Positions 39,272-53,134 of a stretch of 64,000 nt of DNA are shown here, piece by piece. Source of the stretch: Octopus vulgaris (Eukaryota). A model generated the notes under the pieces. It worked only from the letters and a program-made list of their open reading frames with translations. It ran no database searches and was not told the DNA's origin. Both the position numbers and the translations under genes were made by a program. The stretch covers positions 36,952,001 through 37,016,000 of the forward strand of contig OX597840.1 of NCBI GenBank assembly GCA_951406725.2, read 5' to 3'. The stretch's first letter is position 1; each line of letters starts with the position of its first letter.

Positions 39272-40070
39272 TGGAAGGATCGTGGTCTTGTGGTTAGAGT
39301 GTTACCCACACAATCGGAAGAGCGATGATTGGAGTCACCGAATCGGTCAGGGTATTGTGTTCTTAAGCAAAAATGCTTCAGTCCACGTTGTTTCATTTCA
39401 ATCTGCCACCCTCTGACAAACTGGCGTCCCGTTCGCGAATTTTTTCCCACGAGAGTTCAGGACCTCAGTAATGAACTCATTTGCATACAGCGAATCAGAG
39501 CTCACCTGGACCTTGTTGTCAAGTTAACAAACACACTCTGCCAAGTAAGCTCAAGATGAAGAATGGTGTTATGCCTGATTTTAGGAGACAAGTAATTAGA
39601 TAGATTTGCATCTGTATCCATTATCGGATTTTGTTAGGGCCCCATATGGTAAAGATGTGGAAGGGAGAAGTGTGGGAAGAGGGTGAAGTGCTAGTAACCC
39701 TGTCCCCTTACTGTTTTACAAAGTAAACAACAACAACACAACTACGCAGGGGCAGCCAGGGTTGAAGCAAGAACAAGAACAACAAGCATTATTAAAAGAG
39801 AAAAGAAGCATGGTCATTCCGTACCCGAGCGACCTTATCTTATCGCCTTTCACTTGTTATGCGTTCATAAATTAGTCTGATATTTGAGCACTGATTGGTT
39901 GTTGAAAATGAGTTCATAACTGGGGTCCTGAACTTTCGTGGGAAAAAAATTCGCGTCCCGTCCACGGGTAAAGGTTATGATTTTAGTCACAGATTCTCCA
40001 TGGAAACCTGATGACCATCCCTATAAGTCTCAGGGCTCAAGACTGCAACATTAAAGAACTGACGATGATG
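39272..40070 (+). mobile_element. Old SINE-B-related element split by a MITE
   Basis: Head ggaaggatcgtggtcttgtggttagag; actggcgtcccgt motif continues as gtcccgtccacggg after the MITE; (GAT)n tail. Confidence 0.65.
39435..39954. mobile_element. MITE with ~70-bp TIRs and 9-bp TSD (Mutator-like)
   Basis: gcgaattttttcccacgagagttcaggacctcagtaatgaactcattt / aaatgagttcataactggggtcctgaactttcgtgggaaaaaaattcgc; TSD gtcccgttc / gtcccgtcc. Confidence 0.85.
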
Positions 40071-41371
40071 ATGATTATACACCAATCAAGAAGGGGGCCA
40101 CTATGGATTAGGTCGGTTGGTAGAAATAACAACCAAATACTCTTCAAACTCCTGTAGTGCTCTTTATTCGACCGATCGAATAAAATACACCTGAGATAAG
40201 AACTAGGAAAGCTTTGATTAAATATCTGCTCAGTGATATTTAATAAAAGTTCAATCTAAAAATTTTTGAAAAAAAAAAAAAAAAAGAATAACACCGAAAC
40301 TTTGAAACACTGTATTTGACGATATATTCGTCGTATGCGAAAGAAGAGTTCAATAAAACTCGGAAAGCATTTGAGACTATCTTAAAGTATACATATGATT
40401 GACATGCATATATACATATATATATGCATATCTCAGCTCCATGGTTTTAGGGTTGGCAAATATTTTCTACCACCTGCAATTGTCTACCAAAATATTGTGT
40501 GTGACATTTGGTAAATGGAAACTGTTTGAAGCCTGCCAAAGACGTCTTTTGTGATTTTGTATGAAATTCCTACTTAGAAGAGCATTCGGATTTTATTTGG
40601 CAAACGAAACTCCTCAATAGTTATCTATGCAAACAAAACATTAGTCTATACGAGATAAATAAACAAGTAGAACCGGCTTTATGGTAACACAAAAGCATAT
40701 TCTACAGAGAAATCTATGAAAAACAAGCAATGTAAACAAAAATAAAGTTTATTACATTAACCAAATGCACTTTAGCTATAAAATATTATAAAGCTGCGAT
40801 GGAAAAACATTTTTTTATGAACGAGACGTACTGCATGCATTATGCTGAACTATAAGCTATCATTAATAAAATATTACACAAATACCAACATTTTGCAAAA
40901 AAATATAATCTTCAAAATCCTTCAAGCTGAGCAAAAATCTTTGCGATGATTAATGCATTAACAATATTTTTTCTATGCAAGCAGAAAGTTGTATTCTGCA
41001 TATTTTATTTTTAACATTGTCCATACAAGTTGGAACGCTTTCTCGACGGCTTATCGTGTAATTATAACAGGGAACGATTGCAAAAAACTCTACATTCTGC
41101 AACACAAAATGACACGAGATAGAAAAACACCAGCAGATAACACAGACATCTTTCTTATAATAAACGCAATTGCATATTTACATATGGCATGTCACACAAA
41201 TGAAGATAATTCCAAACTTTTTACAGATACTTCCTTTGATTGTTACATGTAAATATATATATATATATATATAACGGGAAGCTTTATGAAAATAGACAAA
41301 AGACGAAGGCAGGTGGGAAACAAACAAACAATTGTATTAGTATGGCGCTCAGGAAATATAAATAAAACAAG

Positions 41372-41411
<40 letters not shown>

Positions 41412-42444
41412 CAATACATTAGATATTACAGCGTGTAAATATTAGTATTTGAAAACAGGTTATTTATGATTTAATATTATGTTACTAAAATGTTCGCTAC
41501 ACTGATAGAAGCTAATCGTTTTGCAATTATTATCGACTGAATGTTTATTCACGCCTGATATAGAAATCTGCTCCACTTCAGAGAAATAATGGATTAACAA
41601 ACAAATATATGATACCCATCTATGGTTCGATTCTTAATACTGTCAATAGGATATTTATTGCAGTTTTTTGTCCAGAGATGAGATGTTAGGGACTTGCAGT
41701 GTGAAAAAGAAAGCAATATTTAACAGAGTGAGATGAAAACATGTCCCAGCCGCAGCCAGCGAGAGTGGTGGTTTATGAGATTTCCGAAAGTTCTTCTCGT
41801 TATTCAATAGATAATGTATATCTCTATACCTATTAAAACGAATAAAGGTGGGAAGGACATGCTTGGAATACCGTTATTCATATTTGAGCCCGACAGAAAT
41901 GTGCTGTGGTTTAGTGACTAAAGTGGAAATAACTGTAAATAATTCAAGCTAGTGAGGAACTCTCTATGGTCTGAAGAGCTAGAAATAGCAACCTATTTCA
42001 TTTCAAGCGATATCCAATCATATTCCAGAAAGCAGGAGTCAACTGATAATAAGTCTATCGAGAATTTGCTCGCAAGAATTTACAGTTTGGACGGATACAC
42101 TATAATCACATGTATGTTGACATGGAGCTACAGAGATATAAATAAATATTCCTTTAAGTAGTTTTGGGGTAATTTTTGTAAAACTTAATGACATTTTTTC
42201 CTCATTAAGTTTATAATTGCAAATGACTAAAAGTTATTTTCGGTTTGCTAAATTAAAGATAATAACCATTACAAACTATATCTTCAACAGTATTTAAAAT
42301 GACACGGTGATGTGTACGCTTATACATACGTACATGCATATATATATATATATATATTCATGCATATGTGTATAGAATCAAATAATTTGTAGTTGTATTC
42401 ATTAAAACTTTCCATTACATATATGTATATATACACATAAATGG

Positions 42445-42496
<52 letters not shown>

Positions 42497-42531
42497 CTTC
42501 ATAAATTAAAACAGATTAGGAGATCGAAAAT

Positions 42532-42574
42532 CCACCTGACGAATGTCATTGAAGACATGAAACGATTGTAGCGG
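42532..42574 (+). ncRNA. Minimal type I hammerhead ribozyme motif in a PLE-type repeat
   Basis: ccac-CTGACGA-atgtc(attgaa)gacat-GAAA-cgattg-TA-gcgg: canonical core, 5-bp stem II, self-complementary stem III, stem I with one mismatch. Confidence 0.75.
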
Positions 42575-42659
42575 CGGTTTATTTCTTTATATTAAAAATG
42601 TTTATGTATTGATTAAGTCTTTCCTTGTTTGTTTTGCAAAATAGTGGTTTTGTCTCGAA

Positions 42660-42701
<42 letters not shown>

Positions 42702-42921
42702 TAGTTGAAATTTATAGAATACGAAAGACGAAGACATGTGTATAAACAGCAAGCAGGTCTATAAGTTTGATGTATGTATATAAAAATATATAAGTATACA
42801 TTCACATATATGTTGATACTCATATATATATTAATACAAGCAAAGAACTGAAATAAATAATAGAGTAAAAGCGTATATATACATACACATATATATATGT
42901 ATGTATATATGCACGTGCACA

Positions 42922-42974
<53 letters not shown>

Positions 42975-43061
42975 ATGCATGCAAATATATATGTCTAAAT
43001 ACATTTACATGTATACGTGTTTAGAACCTAATAATTTGTACTGTGTTTATCTTAATTTCCC

Positions 43062-43126
<65 letters not shown>

Positions 43127-43940
43127 ATATATCAGTGTGTATCCTCTTCACATTAAAATGTTGGTTTTCCAAATAAAGCATAGCAAACGAAGGACACGCA
43201 CTTTTATAAGAAAATATATTGGAAATTAATACGTAACAAGAAAACTGATTTACACACTTGCGTGTGTTTGTGTGTGTGAGTGCGCATGTATTCGTCAGCG
43301 TGCGTATTCAAGCATATGCGCATGCGTGTTTAGGTGAGTGAAATAATTAGTGCGGAGGCATCTAACGAATGCTTTCATTTCAGAAGCCTTTACGTTTCAT
43401 ATTTGTTCTTTCCTTTCAATAAAATCTGTTAATTTCACTTCAGGCCATTCTGCGACTCTAATTATAATTCTCTTTTTAAATGCCAGATTATTATTAAAAA
43501 AATGAACAACTTTTCAGTCGAATGATGAAACTATGTGATATGATTAAGTCATATATCAGAGAATAACTTGTTTGGTGCGACAATTTTGTTGTTGTGGTTG
43601 TTGTTGGTATAAGATAATGGCGAGAGGTTCACACGATTTCTTAAGGCGCTAAAGTGACAGACAATATGGCGTCTTTCATTTAGTTGCCTTTTTTTTACAT
43701 TCTTCGTTCGAGCTGTTTTGATGTGACATTTGTTTATGTGGACGAGCATGCCGTCTATGTATACGTATACATAAAGGATATACGCGCAAACACTCAGGAA
43801 AGCACATATGTTTTATATACACTAATTACACACACGCGCGCATATACGCATTTTTAGCTAAAGTTTCCAGAGACTCTTTTCAGTATATCTTTGTGTGTGT
43901 TTGTACACACACACACACACATACACACATATCTAAATTA

Positions 43941-44755
43941 CATGAAAAAATACAAGCAAGAAAAATAATATTCTTAAAATTATAAATCTGAAAAAGTTCA
44001 GGACAAATTATTTCATCTGGTAAAATACAGAACAAAAAAATTCTTACTTAAAATGTTGCAGCTAAGGATAAAATTTCAAATAAAATATTTAGATTTACAA
44101 AATATTTGCTTTTATTAAAACTAAAAATTTTATTACAAGTTATTACTTCTATTTGTTATTTCTTGTTACTTCCATCAAAATTTTAAAATAACTCAAATAT
44201 TTCTTGCACTTTAAAAAACTCATTTTTAAAATTATTAATTAATAATTAGAAATTCAAAAATAGGTTACAAAAAATAACATTAGTGCATAATTAGTTAGTA
44301 CAATAAATAGAGTAATACAAAAATTAGTTATATATTACAGTAAAATCTACCTATAACAACAAATTCACAGTAACATTTTCTTGAGTTATTGGCAAAGCTA
44401 TTGCCAAGTCTTCACATTTTTAGTCTTGACCTAATGCCTATCTTTTACATGATGAAGCAGCCTACCATATATACTATTCTGCTTTGCATAAAACTTTAGC
44501 TATATTGGTACTTCTGGCTCTCATTTTTTAAGTATTCAAGTGGGTTAATATTTTAACAAACTGATGGTACGTTTTGTAATTATAAAGTTACTTTGTAAGT
44601 TAAAATCAAATGATTTCTAACATTCAAATTTTATCCTTAGCTGCAATATTTTAAGTACAAATTTTCTTGTTCTGTACTTTACCTGATGTAATAAGTTGTC
44701 CTGTACTTTTCCAGATTTATGATCTTAAGAATATTATCTCTTCCATTTTTCCATG
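43941..44755. mobile_element. Non-autonomous DNA transposon with ~135-bp TIRs
   Basis: ataatattcttaaaattataaatctgaaaaagttcaggaca...ttgcagctaaggataaaattt mirrored at 44625-44737; termini catg.aaaaa / tttttccatg. Confidence 0.8.
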
Positions 44756-44871
44756 GAATCCATGTTATTATTCAGGCTATGCTATTATGCTAATTAATAA
44801 TGTGTGAAATGTGTCAATTAGCGGTGTCGTTGATATTTTTTCCTTACCTCAATGATGCCGGTGACATATAT

Positions 44872-45338
44872 TAAAAGTCCCCTAGAACTATATTCATAAA
44901 AAGGTATAAAACTATATTATCATCCTCAAATTTGAGAAACAAACACTCATAACTTTTTCTCTTTTAAAACTTCATTGCATAAGATTGATACAATTAAATT
45001 CCTCGAATTGAGCTCTATTATTTAAGCTTAATTAAAATATAGTTTGTTTTTAAAATAAAGAAGTTAATTATGCTTAAATCCAATTTTTTGCCTGATATTT
45101 GTTTCATGATATTTTACCTCAAAACATTTTTGATGCAACATTTTGTCGCATGGAACCAAAAATATGAAATTCTTCACGCTTTCTTCTATCACTGAAGCTA
45201 AGATAAATATATTTTGCTTGATCGGTGGCGTTACCTACTCTCCTATAACGTTGCTACAAATTTTGAAGTAAACTTTTTCTACCGGATCAAATCTGAATTT
45301 TTTATGCCAAAATATAGCTAGGGACTAGTTCTCTTTAA
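44872..45338. mobile_element. Possible Kolobok-like MITE
   Basis: ttaaaagtcccctagaactatatt ... aatatagctagggactagttctctttaa; imperfect TIRs with TTAA at both ends. Confidence 0.4.
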
Positions 45339-45901
45339 AAAATGTTAACGGTTTTCCATTTGGTTAAGAACTGAATTAGTGACAAGCTCTGTAATATACT
45401 GCATGTAAGTAAATTACGGTTTTAAGAATATCTTTCAACTTCTACCGTAGTTGAATGATATTTATATGTAAGAAAAAGATGACAAAAGAATAAACGTTTA
45501 TCTTACGAAATTCATTATCTTACAGTCGTTTCCACTATTAGATGTCTCAGACTCATAGTTAGTGCCTGAGTAACACCTTACAGCTTCATCAGAGATTCAA
45601 ACATAATGTGCACTTCATAAGTCCGCCAGATCTTATAATGGAAACAGCTGTAAGCTCATGAATTTCGTAACATAATCATTCACTCCTTTGTGTTTTCTCT
45701 CCTTGTTACATCTCTGTACTCGACTGGCGTATTGGTTAGAGGTTTATGTATATTGAGTTCCACACCAAATTATTAGATTGGCAACGGCTAAACGATATAT
45801 ATATATATATATATATAATAATAATAAATATTAGGGAATAAATCCAAATTTACAGGGAAAAAATCAGATTTAGGATTAAATCCAATATTATAGTAAAATA
45901 T

Positions 45902-46145
45902 TATATAATATTAATTCGAGACAAAACCACTATTTTGCAAAACAAACAAGGAAAGACTTAATCAATACATAAAATTTTAATATAAAGTAAATAAACCGCC
46001 ACTACAATCGTTTCATGTCATTTGAAGACATGAAACGATTGTAGTGGCGGTTTATTTCTTTATATTACAAATTTTTATGTATTGATTAAGTCTTTCCTTG
46101 TTTGTTTTGCAAAATAGTGGTTTTGTCTCGAATTAATATTATATA
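45902..46145. repeat. Near-perfect ~240-bp palindrome of a PLE-type terminal repeat
   Basis: Arms of ~118 bp around a 7-nt loop at 46020-46026; the right arm matches 42543-42670. Confidence 0.92.
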
Positions 46146-46704
46146 TATATATATATTGCATACGGTCTCATATAGAGAGATATACAAGTTGCCTGCCTGC
46201 ATCTTTATGTTTTTAACTAAACTGCATAAATTCCTATATATTACATTCCTAGATTCTTAAATATTCTCGAAATCAAAAGTGAAAGTTAAAACAGGTGCTT
46301 AAACCAACATTTAGCAACTGTTTCTTGCATGTCAAGCAATTTTTCTGAAACACTTTCATTGATTCGTTAATCGTAGTAGTAGACCAACCAGACTTAAAAT
46401 CAAAGACCTTCGAAACGTGACCATCACGCCTGAGTCTATATTTAAAACTACATTATCTAACATATTCCACTTGATATCATTTATATAATGTAGTTTAATA
46501 TTCCAAGGTAGATTTGGCAACTATTTTTAGCTGGTTAAGCAACGGCATAGAAGCTCCCTAATTGGCATCGTGCAATATTTTTTTTATGATTTCTTCATGG
46601 CAATCCTTGACATTCTTTGGAATGTGTATATATAAGTAAGAAGCAAAACATAGAACATAATTGGTGCGTCCGCTGTAAATTTGTAAAAACAAATATATAC
46701 TTAC

Positions 46705-46738
46705 CTTCGTTAATGAACAAAGTTTGTTTGAAACTCAC
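46705..46738 (-). other. Candidate recursive-splicing exon (AG|GTGAGT ... AG|GTAAGT), 34 nt
   Basis: Minus strand: ttttgtcacgtttcttatttcttgttcttcatcttctcgttacag|GTGAGTTTCAAACAAACTTTGTTCATTAACGAAG|gtaagt. Confidence 0.6.
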
Positions 46739-47269
46739 CTGTAACGAGAAGATGAAGAACAAGAAATAAGAAACGTGACAAAAAAAAAAAAGAAAGAAAT
46801 ATATGATATAAGCATACAAACAGAAAAATTCATAAAATATAATTAAGAACCCAGAGGGTATGCAGTTAATAAAGAAAATACTGCATCATACAAACTGATA
46901 CGATTTTATACTATTTTTACACGTAGTCGACAAAGAAATCAAGATGGTGACTCGAGAAGTGAGAGGAGAAAAGAACAATTATACAAACACACGTTTATGA
47001 ACACATACATATATATATGAATATAATGATGTATGTATGTATATATGTATTTAGGTATATAGTTATCAAAGTATATATCTATGTGTCTGTATGTGTGTAT
47101 TTATATTATGAATGCATAGAGTAAATGCGTAGAATAAGGTAGGCAATTAATTTTAACCCGATGGGGCCATTTTATATTTTATCATATTTTTCGTGTTTTG
47201 ATGACTAAACTTATTTTTCGTAAAAATAGTGTAAACATTTTGTAAAAGTACTCTAAACAAATAACAGGT

Positions 47270-47319
47270 TTATATGCATACACATGTGTGTCTACAAAGA
47301 TATATATACACACACACAC

Positions 47320-47356
<37 letters not shown>

Positions 47357-47383
47357 GTGTGTGTGTGTATATATGTGTATATA

Positions 47384-47426
<43 letters not shown>

Positions 47427-47570
47427 GCATATATATATGCATATACGTATATATATATATGCATATATGTATATATATATATGCATATATAAACCACCTA
47501 CACACACATATATATATATATATATATGTAGGTGGTTCATGAATATATACATACACATATATAAATAAAC
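47270..47570. repeat. Compound (TA)n/(TG)n microsatellite
   Basis: Directly visible. Confidence 0.9.
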
Positions 47571-48009
47571 ACACACGTATATTTGTACTCAGAAAGATAT
47601 TCATACATGCAAGCATCCCTAGTTATATATACGCACACGCTCATTCCCACATTCACAGTTGCTACTCTCCATGTACCTATAGGCGCAGAGACCGATACAT
47701 ACATACATACATTACATACGTAGATTACATACATGCGTGCGTGCGTGCGTGTGTGTGTGCATGCATTAGCACACCATAGTATCGGTGGGTATATAAATGT
47801 GTATGCAGAAATAATGTAGAATATTAAACGAATTCGTAAATAATGATTGGTACTTATATTATGCGTGTATGTACGAACGTATATATATGTTTGCATGCTC
47901 GTGAGTGCTATTTATCAGCTTAAACATGTATGTGTTTCAGCGTGTGCACGTGTGAACATACATGTATGTATATATTTATGTACGCATATCCTTATCTATC
48001 TATCTATCT

Positions 48010-48125
48010 GTGTCTTTCTCCCTCTCTCTCTCTCTCTCTATGTCTTTCTCTCTCTCTCTCTCTATGTTTTTCTCTCTCTCTCTCTCTCTATGTCTTTCTC
48101 TCTCTCTCTCTCTCTCTATGTCTTT

Positions 48126-48191
<66 letters not shown>

Positions 48192-48410
48192 ATGTCTTTC
48201 TCTCTCTCTCTATGTCTTTCTCTCTCTCTCTCTCTCTCTATGTCTTTCTCTCTCTCTCTCTATGTCTTTCTCTCTCTCTCTCTCTATGTCTTTCTCTCTC
48301 TCTCTCTATGTCTCTCTCTCTCTATGTCTCTCTCTCTCTCTATGTCTCTCTCTCTCTCTATGTCTCTCTCTCTCTCTCTCTCTATGTCTCTCTCTCTCTC
48401 TCTCTCTCTC

Positions 48411-48472
<62 letters not shown>
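48010..48472. repeat. [(CT)n ATGT] minisatellite followed by (TA)n
   Basis: Directly visible; source of the SL-rich ORFs. Confidence 0.95.
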
Positions 48473-48481
<9 letters not shown>

Positions 48482-49243
48482 AAATCTATTTCTGTATGTC
48501 TGCATATTCCCAATTAAACGTACCCGGGTTCATTAATTAATCAATTATCAAACAGCGGGGCAACCGTTTAAGCCACCTCTATTCATATATACATACAGAG
48601 TGGATTCAGTAGAAGGAAGCCCAAAGAAGCACCATGAACATCTATACATACATACGGTCGTACATATAAACCCTCGCATATATTTGTATATTTATGCGTA
48701 CACCCCTTTTTGTGTTTGTAATTGTTCGTCCCTCAGCCACCGTTTGACAAACGGTGTGCGAAGCTTAGAAAAAATATGCACCGGTGATAAACTTATTCCT
48801 TGAAGACGGTTCCCCAGCATAGCTGCTGTCCAATGACTGAAACAAAACATGAAGTTTTTCACCCTACTCTCGTATATATACAAACATTAATATAAAATTA
48901 CCAATTCTTCAAACATACATGTCCAGATGTTAAGTCTCCATCTAATATTATGATATTCATATTCTTGTAAAATAAACTCCAAAGGGTATGGAACACTAAT
49001 ATTTAGGTTTCAGCTTAAAGTATTTTTTGATAATTATATAATTAGCGATACAGAAAATTGTTTCAGTCCAGGGCATGGTTAGCAACCGGGTGCGATCAAA
49101 AATACAGTGTTTTGTGCAGACCTGAAGTGAACCAAAAAAATTATGACACGTGTTTTGGGGCATCAGGTTGTATAATTGCCATCCACCTCTCTTCCCCTCT
49201 CTCCCACCTCACTCTATATCTCTTTGTCTCTCTCTTGTATATA

Positions 49244-49618
49244 CGCAGGAGTGGCTGTGTGGTAAGCGGCTTGCTTACCAGCCACATGGTTCCGGGTTCA
49301 GTCCCACTGCATGACACATTGGGCAAGTGTTTTCTACTATAGCCTCGGGCCGACCAAAGCCTTGTGAGTGGATTTGGTAGACGGAAACTGAAAGAAGCCT
49401 GTCGTGTATATGTATATATGTGTTTGTGTCTGTTCCCCAACATCGCTTGACAACCGATGGTGGTGTGTTTACGTCCCCGTAACTTAGCGGTTCGGCAAAA
49501 GAGACCGATAGAATAAGTATTAGGCTAACAAAGAATAAGTCCCGGGGTCGATTTGCTCGACTAAAAGGCGGTGCTCCAGCAAGGCCGCAGTCAAATGACT
49601 GAAACAAGTAAAAGAATA
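49244..49618 (+). mobile_element. SINE family A, full length
   Basis: Matches 2398-2800. Confidence 0.92.
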
Positions 49619-50641
49619 CAAAGAGACAGACACACACATACACACCCCCTCTCTCTCTCACACACTGAAACATTCGCACTCACACACACATATCTACACA
49701 CATATATTTATATACAGACCCACGTCTTTGCTTGAAGCACGGATTAATAATGTTCATTGGTCTTGCATTTGTTGTCTATTTGGCGAGACTCTCAGAACGT
49801 ATTTCCTTCAAAGTAAATCTCTCTCTGACGTCCAAAGTTTGGAGAAATGCAAGAGAACTGCGTCTAGAATCTCGCTGTTCACTAAATCACATTCTTATCT
49901 ACACCATCTGAATCCTATTAGGAAGCAATTTCTGAATAATCGATCAATTTTCCAGATAGCTCTAATATATATATAAACTCGGTTGATATTGCTTGCCAAG
50001 TCAAAGCAACGAAAAACTTCTCTCTTTCCTAGCAAACAAATTTATCTACTTTGCAAACAATTTACGATGTATTTAACTGCTGTGCATTGTTAGAGCAGAT
50101 TTAGATTTGACCGCTACAATGAAAGCCTCTTCTCTGATCTATATAACCTGATAACAAAGCTATTCTTGCTACTAATGCATTGATATTTTGCGTACATTCT
50201 CTTCACTGAAATGACCATCGACGTCACCAGTTTTAACGCAGCCAACTGCCGCAAGCTGATCCTAGCGGCGTTCAATAGGGGTTCCATTTTTTTATAAGCT
50301 CTTTCAACTGGCTTTGGATCCGAGCAAAACTAGAAAGTATCTCAATAAACGTCATTACACTCAGATCTATTGGCACTTGGATATTTTAAATAACACTCCA
50401 CCTCCCGAGCTTCGGGTTGAACGTAATTCGAATCCTTCTCAGTTCCCGGTATAACAACTAAGCTTGGGCCGTTGGAGGTTTTTGCCGATTCCACTCTATA
50501 AAAAGCATTCGTGAAAGGCAGACTTTTTCTTCGGTGTTTTATCAGTGACCTCATATTGTTGCCTCTAAATGGCACAGGGGTACTTTACATGGGGCCCAAA
50601 TAATTGTAAACAGTAGAAACACATCACACTCTAGTGCTAGT

Positions 50642-50925
50642 GGAGGCACATGGCCTAGTGGTTAGAGCAGCGGTCGAGGGATTGCGGGTTCGAATCTCAG
50701 ACTGGACGATGTGTGTGCTTATGAGTGAAACACCTAAGCTCCAATCAGAAGGTAATGACGAACTTCTGCTGACTCTTTCGCCACAACTTTCTCTCACTCT
50801 TTCCTCCTGCATCTTGCAGCTCACCTGCGACGGACCGGCTTCCCGTCCAGGTGGGGAACCTATACGCCAAGGAAACCGACCGGGAAACCGGCCCTTATAA
50901 GCCAGACATGTCTTGAGAAGGAACA
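50642..50925 (+). mobile_element. SINE family B variant, tail type 2
   Basis: Head ggaggcacatggcctagtggttagagcagcgg; tail cctgcgacggaccggcttcccgtccagg...ggaaacc. Confidence 0.85.
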
Positions 50926-51819
50926 AACGCTCTACTGCTAAGAACCTATCTTCTCATTGTTCAGTATAATGGTCTTAAGGCATTGGTCTACAACTTGGTC
51001 TGAAGGTACATTTAACAATGTTTATTTTGCTGTAAACGTTCGAACCAGGTCTTAGTTCCTGAAGAAGATAACATGTTTTGATACTTTTTTTTTTTGAGGA
51101 GTGGATCTCGAAGCACATATAAAGCAAATAGATAATAGTTTTACGCATAATTCGATAGGTATAGTAGAATCCTTCGATGTTTTCAATCCAAAATAAATTT
51201 TAAGTTCAATATTTACATGAAATTATTTATAGTTTCTGTGCGCTTCGAGATCGAGTGTTAAAAAAAAAGATTATTTCACATGTTGATGAATTGCACCAAT
51301 ACATTAATTGCTGGAGGTTTCGTCAATTCAAATCCTACATGTGTCTCAGATTTTATAAAATAATCTTGACTGGGACATTTCTGTTGACTGATGTATTAAG
51401 AAAAGAAAATCTCCATAAAATATTTAATCGGTCGGTATTCTATACTAATCTCTACTGTACACGTAGTCATTAGTATCTATGTATAGTTCCTGTCTGAGAT
51501 TGTAACTTATATGTATCTTGAACCTGAAGTCCTGGTGAGGTCACAGCAATGCTGTCGTGACACACGCTCTGTTTTGGGCATTTAAATCCGGGGATGCAAT
51601 CATTCGCCTGGTCCAAACACACTGACACTTTCTTCAAGAGAGTTAGAGAAAGAACGGACCCCAATACAGAACTGGTACATAGTTTAACGACTTTGAAAAG
51701 GACGAAAGGCAAAGATAACATCAGAAAGTTTTGATTTCGGTGCAGGGAATCGGAAAGAATAACACAAATCATTGTGGACAAAGCTCTAAATACACACACA
51801 CATGCACGTTTGCAACCCC

Positions 51820-52011
<192 letters not shown>

Positions 52012-52829
52012 CGCACACATATACGTTAAGGAAACCCAAATTAACTTGCCGGAGATATGGTTTATACACACACAAATATATATAATATACATATATACAT
52101 ATATTATGCGTACAAATACGCACTCACACACACATATACACACGTATGCATATGTGTGTATCTTAGCTTGGGGGTCATAGCACCGAAACGAAATTGTAAT
52201 TTGTAAACTGCAACAAATAAAGTTTTCTGTCTTTAAAAACAGTAGGTACTTTATTTTATATCATAGCTGTATTTGTCTTCACAAACAAATCTATCTATCC
52301 ACTCATCTATCTATCTATATATATATATATTTGTCCATCTACTATCTATCTATCTATCTATCTATCTATTTGTTTAATTTTATGAATGCACAGAAACACA
52401 TATATGTATAGATACTTATACATGTATGTGTATATGCATATATATTTTTTGTGTTCGAGTGTGTGCATGCGCGCGTGCGTGCGTGTGTATATATATGTGT
52501 GTGTGTGTGTGTAGACTTCAGAGCAAGAAATAAACAAGTCAGTTTAACAAGAAAAGTCGACCAGGAATATTATATGAAGTAGCAAATAAATTCCGAAAGA
52601 AAAACAAACAAAATATTAAATAAAGAATTGACAAAGAAAAAAAAATGCAAAATAAAAACATTATTTTTGGAAATATTTTAGAATTCTTGTGACTTGAAAG
52701 AAAATATAAATTGTAAGAAAAAAAACAACAAAAAACCCAATAAAATATTTTGCAGAAATTTTGGTGTTTCATATTTTATAGCAGATATATTTATACATGC
52801 AAAGCAGTAGTAGTCGAAGTAGTAGTAGT

Positions 52830-52876
<47 letters not shown>

Positions 52877-53134
52877 CAGCAGAACAAAAACCTAAAATGT
52901 TTCTTTATGTAAACAAACTAGACAAGTAATAAGCTGTAAGCTCTTCTCTTCGCATCGCAATGAAAACTCAACTTTCAACCATCGAAAGTGAGTTGAACAA
53001 CCTCTGAGAGATGACAGTTAAAAACGACTCGACCGGAATTAGAACTCGGGTCGGTAGAATGATGTAAAGCGTAACCGTTGACATATGATGTTATGCGTTC
53101 GTCGCAAGCTGATTTTCTCATCATCCTCAAAAGT

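Noticed and set aside
47847-48536. SL-rich ORFs up to 229 aa
   Set aside because: Translation of the (CT)n minisatellite.
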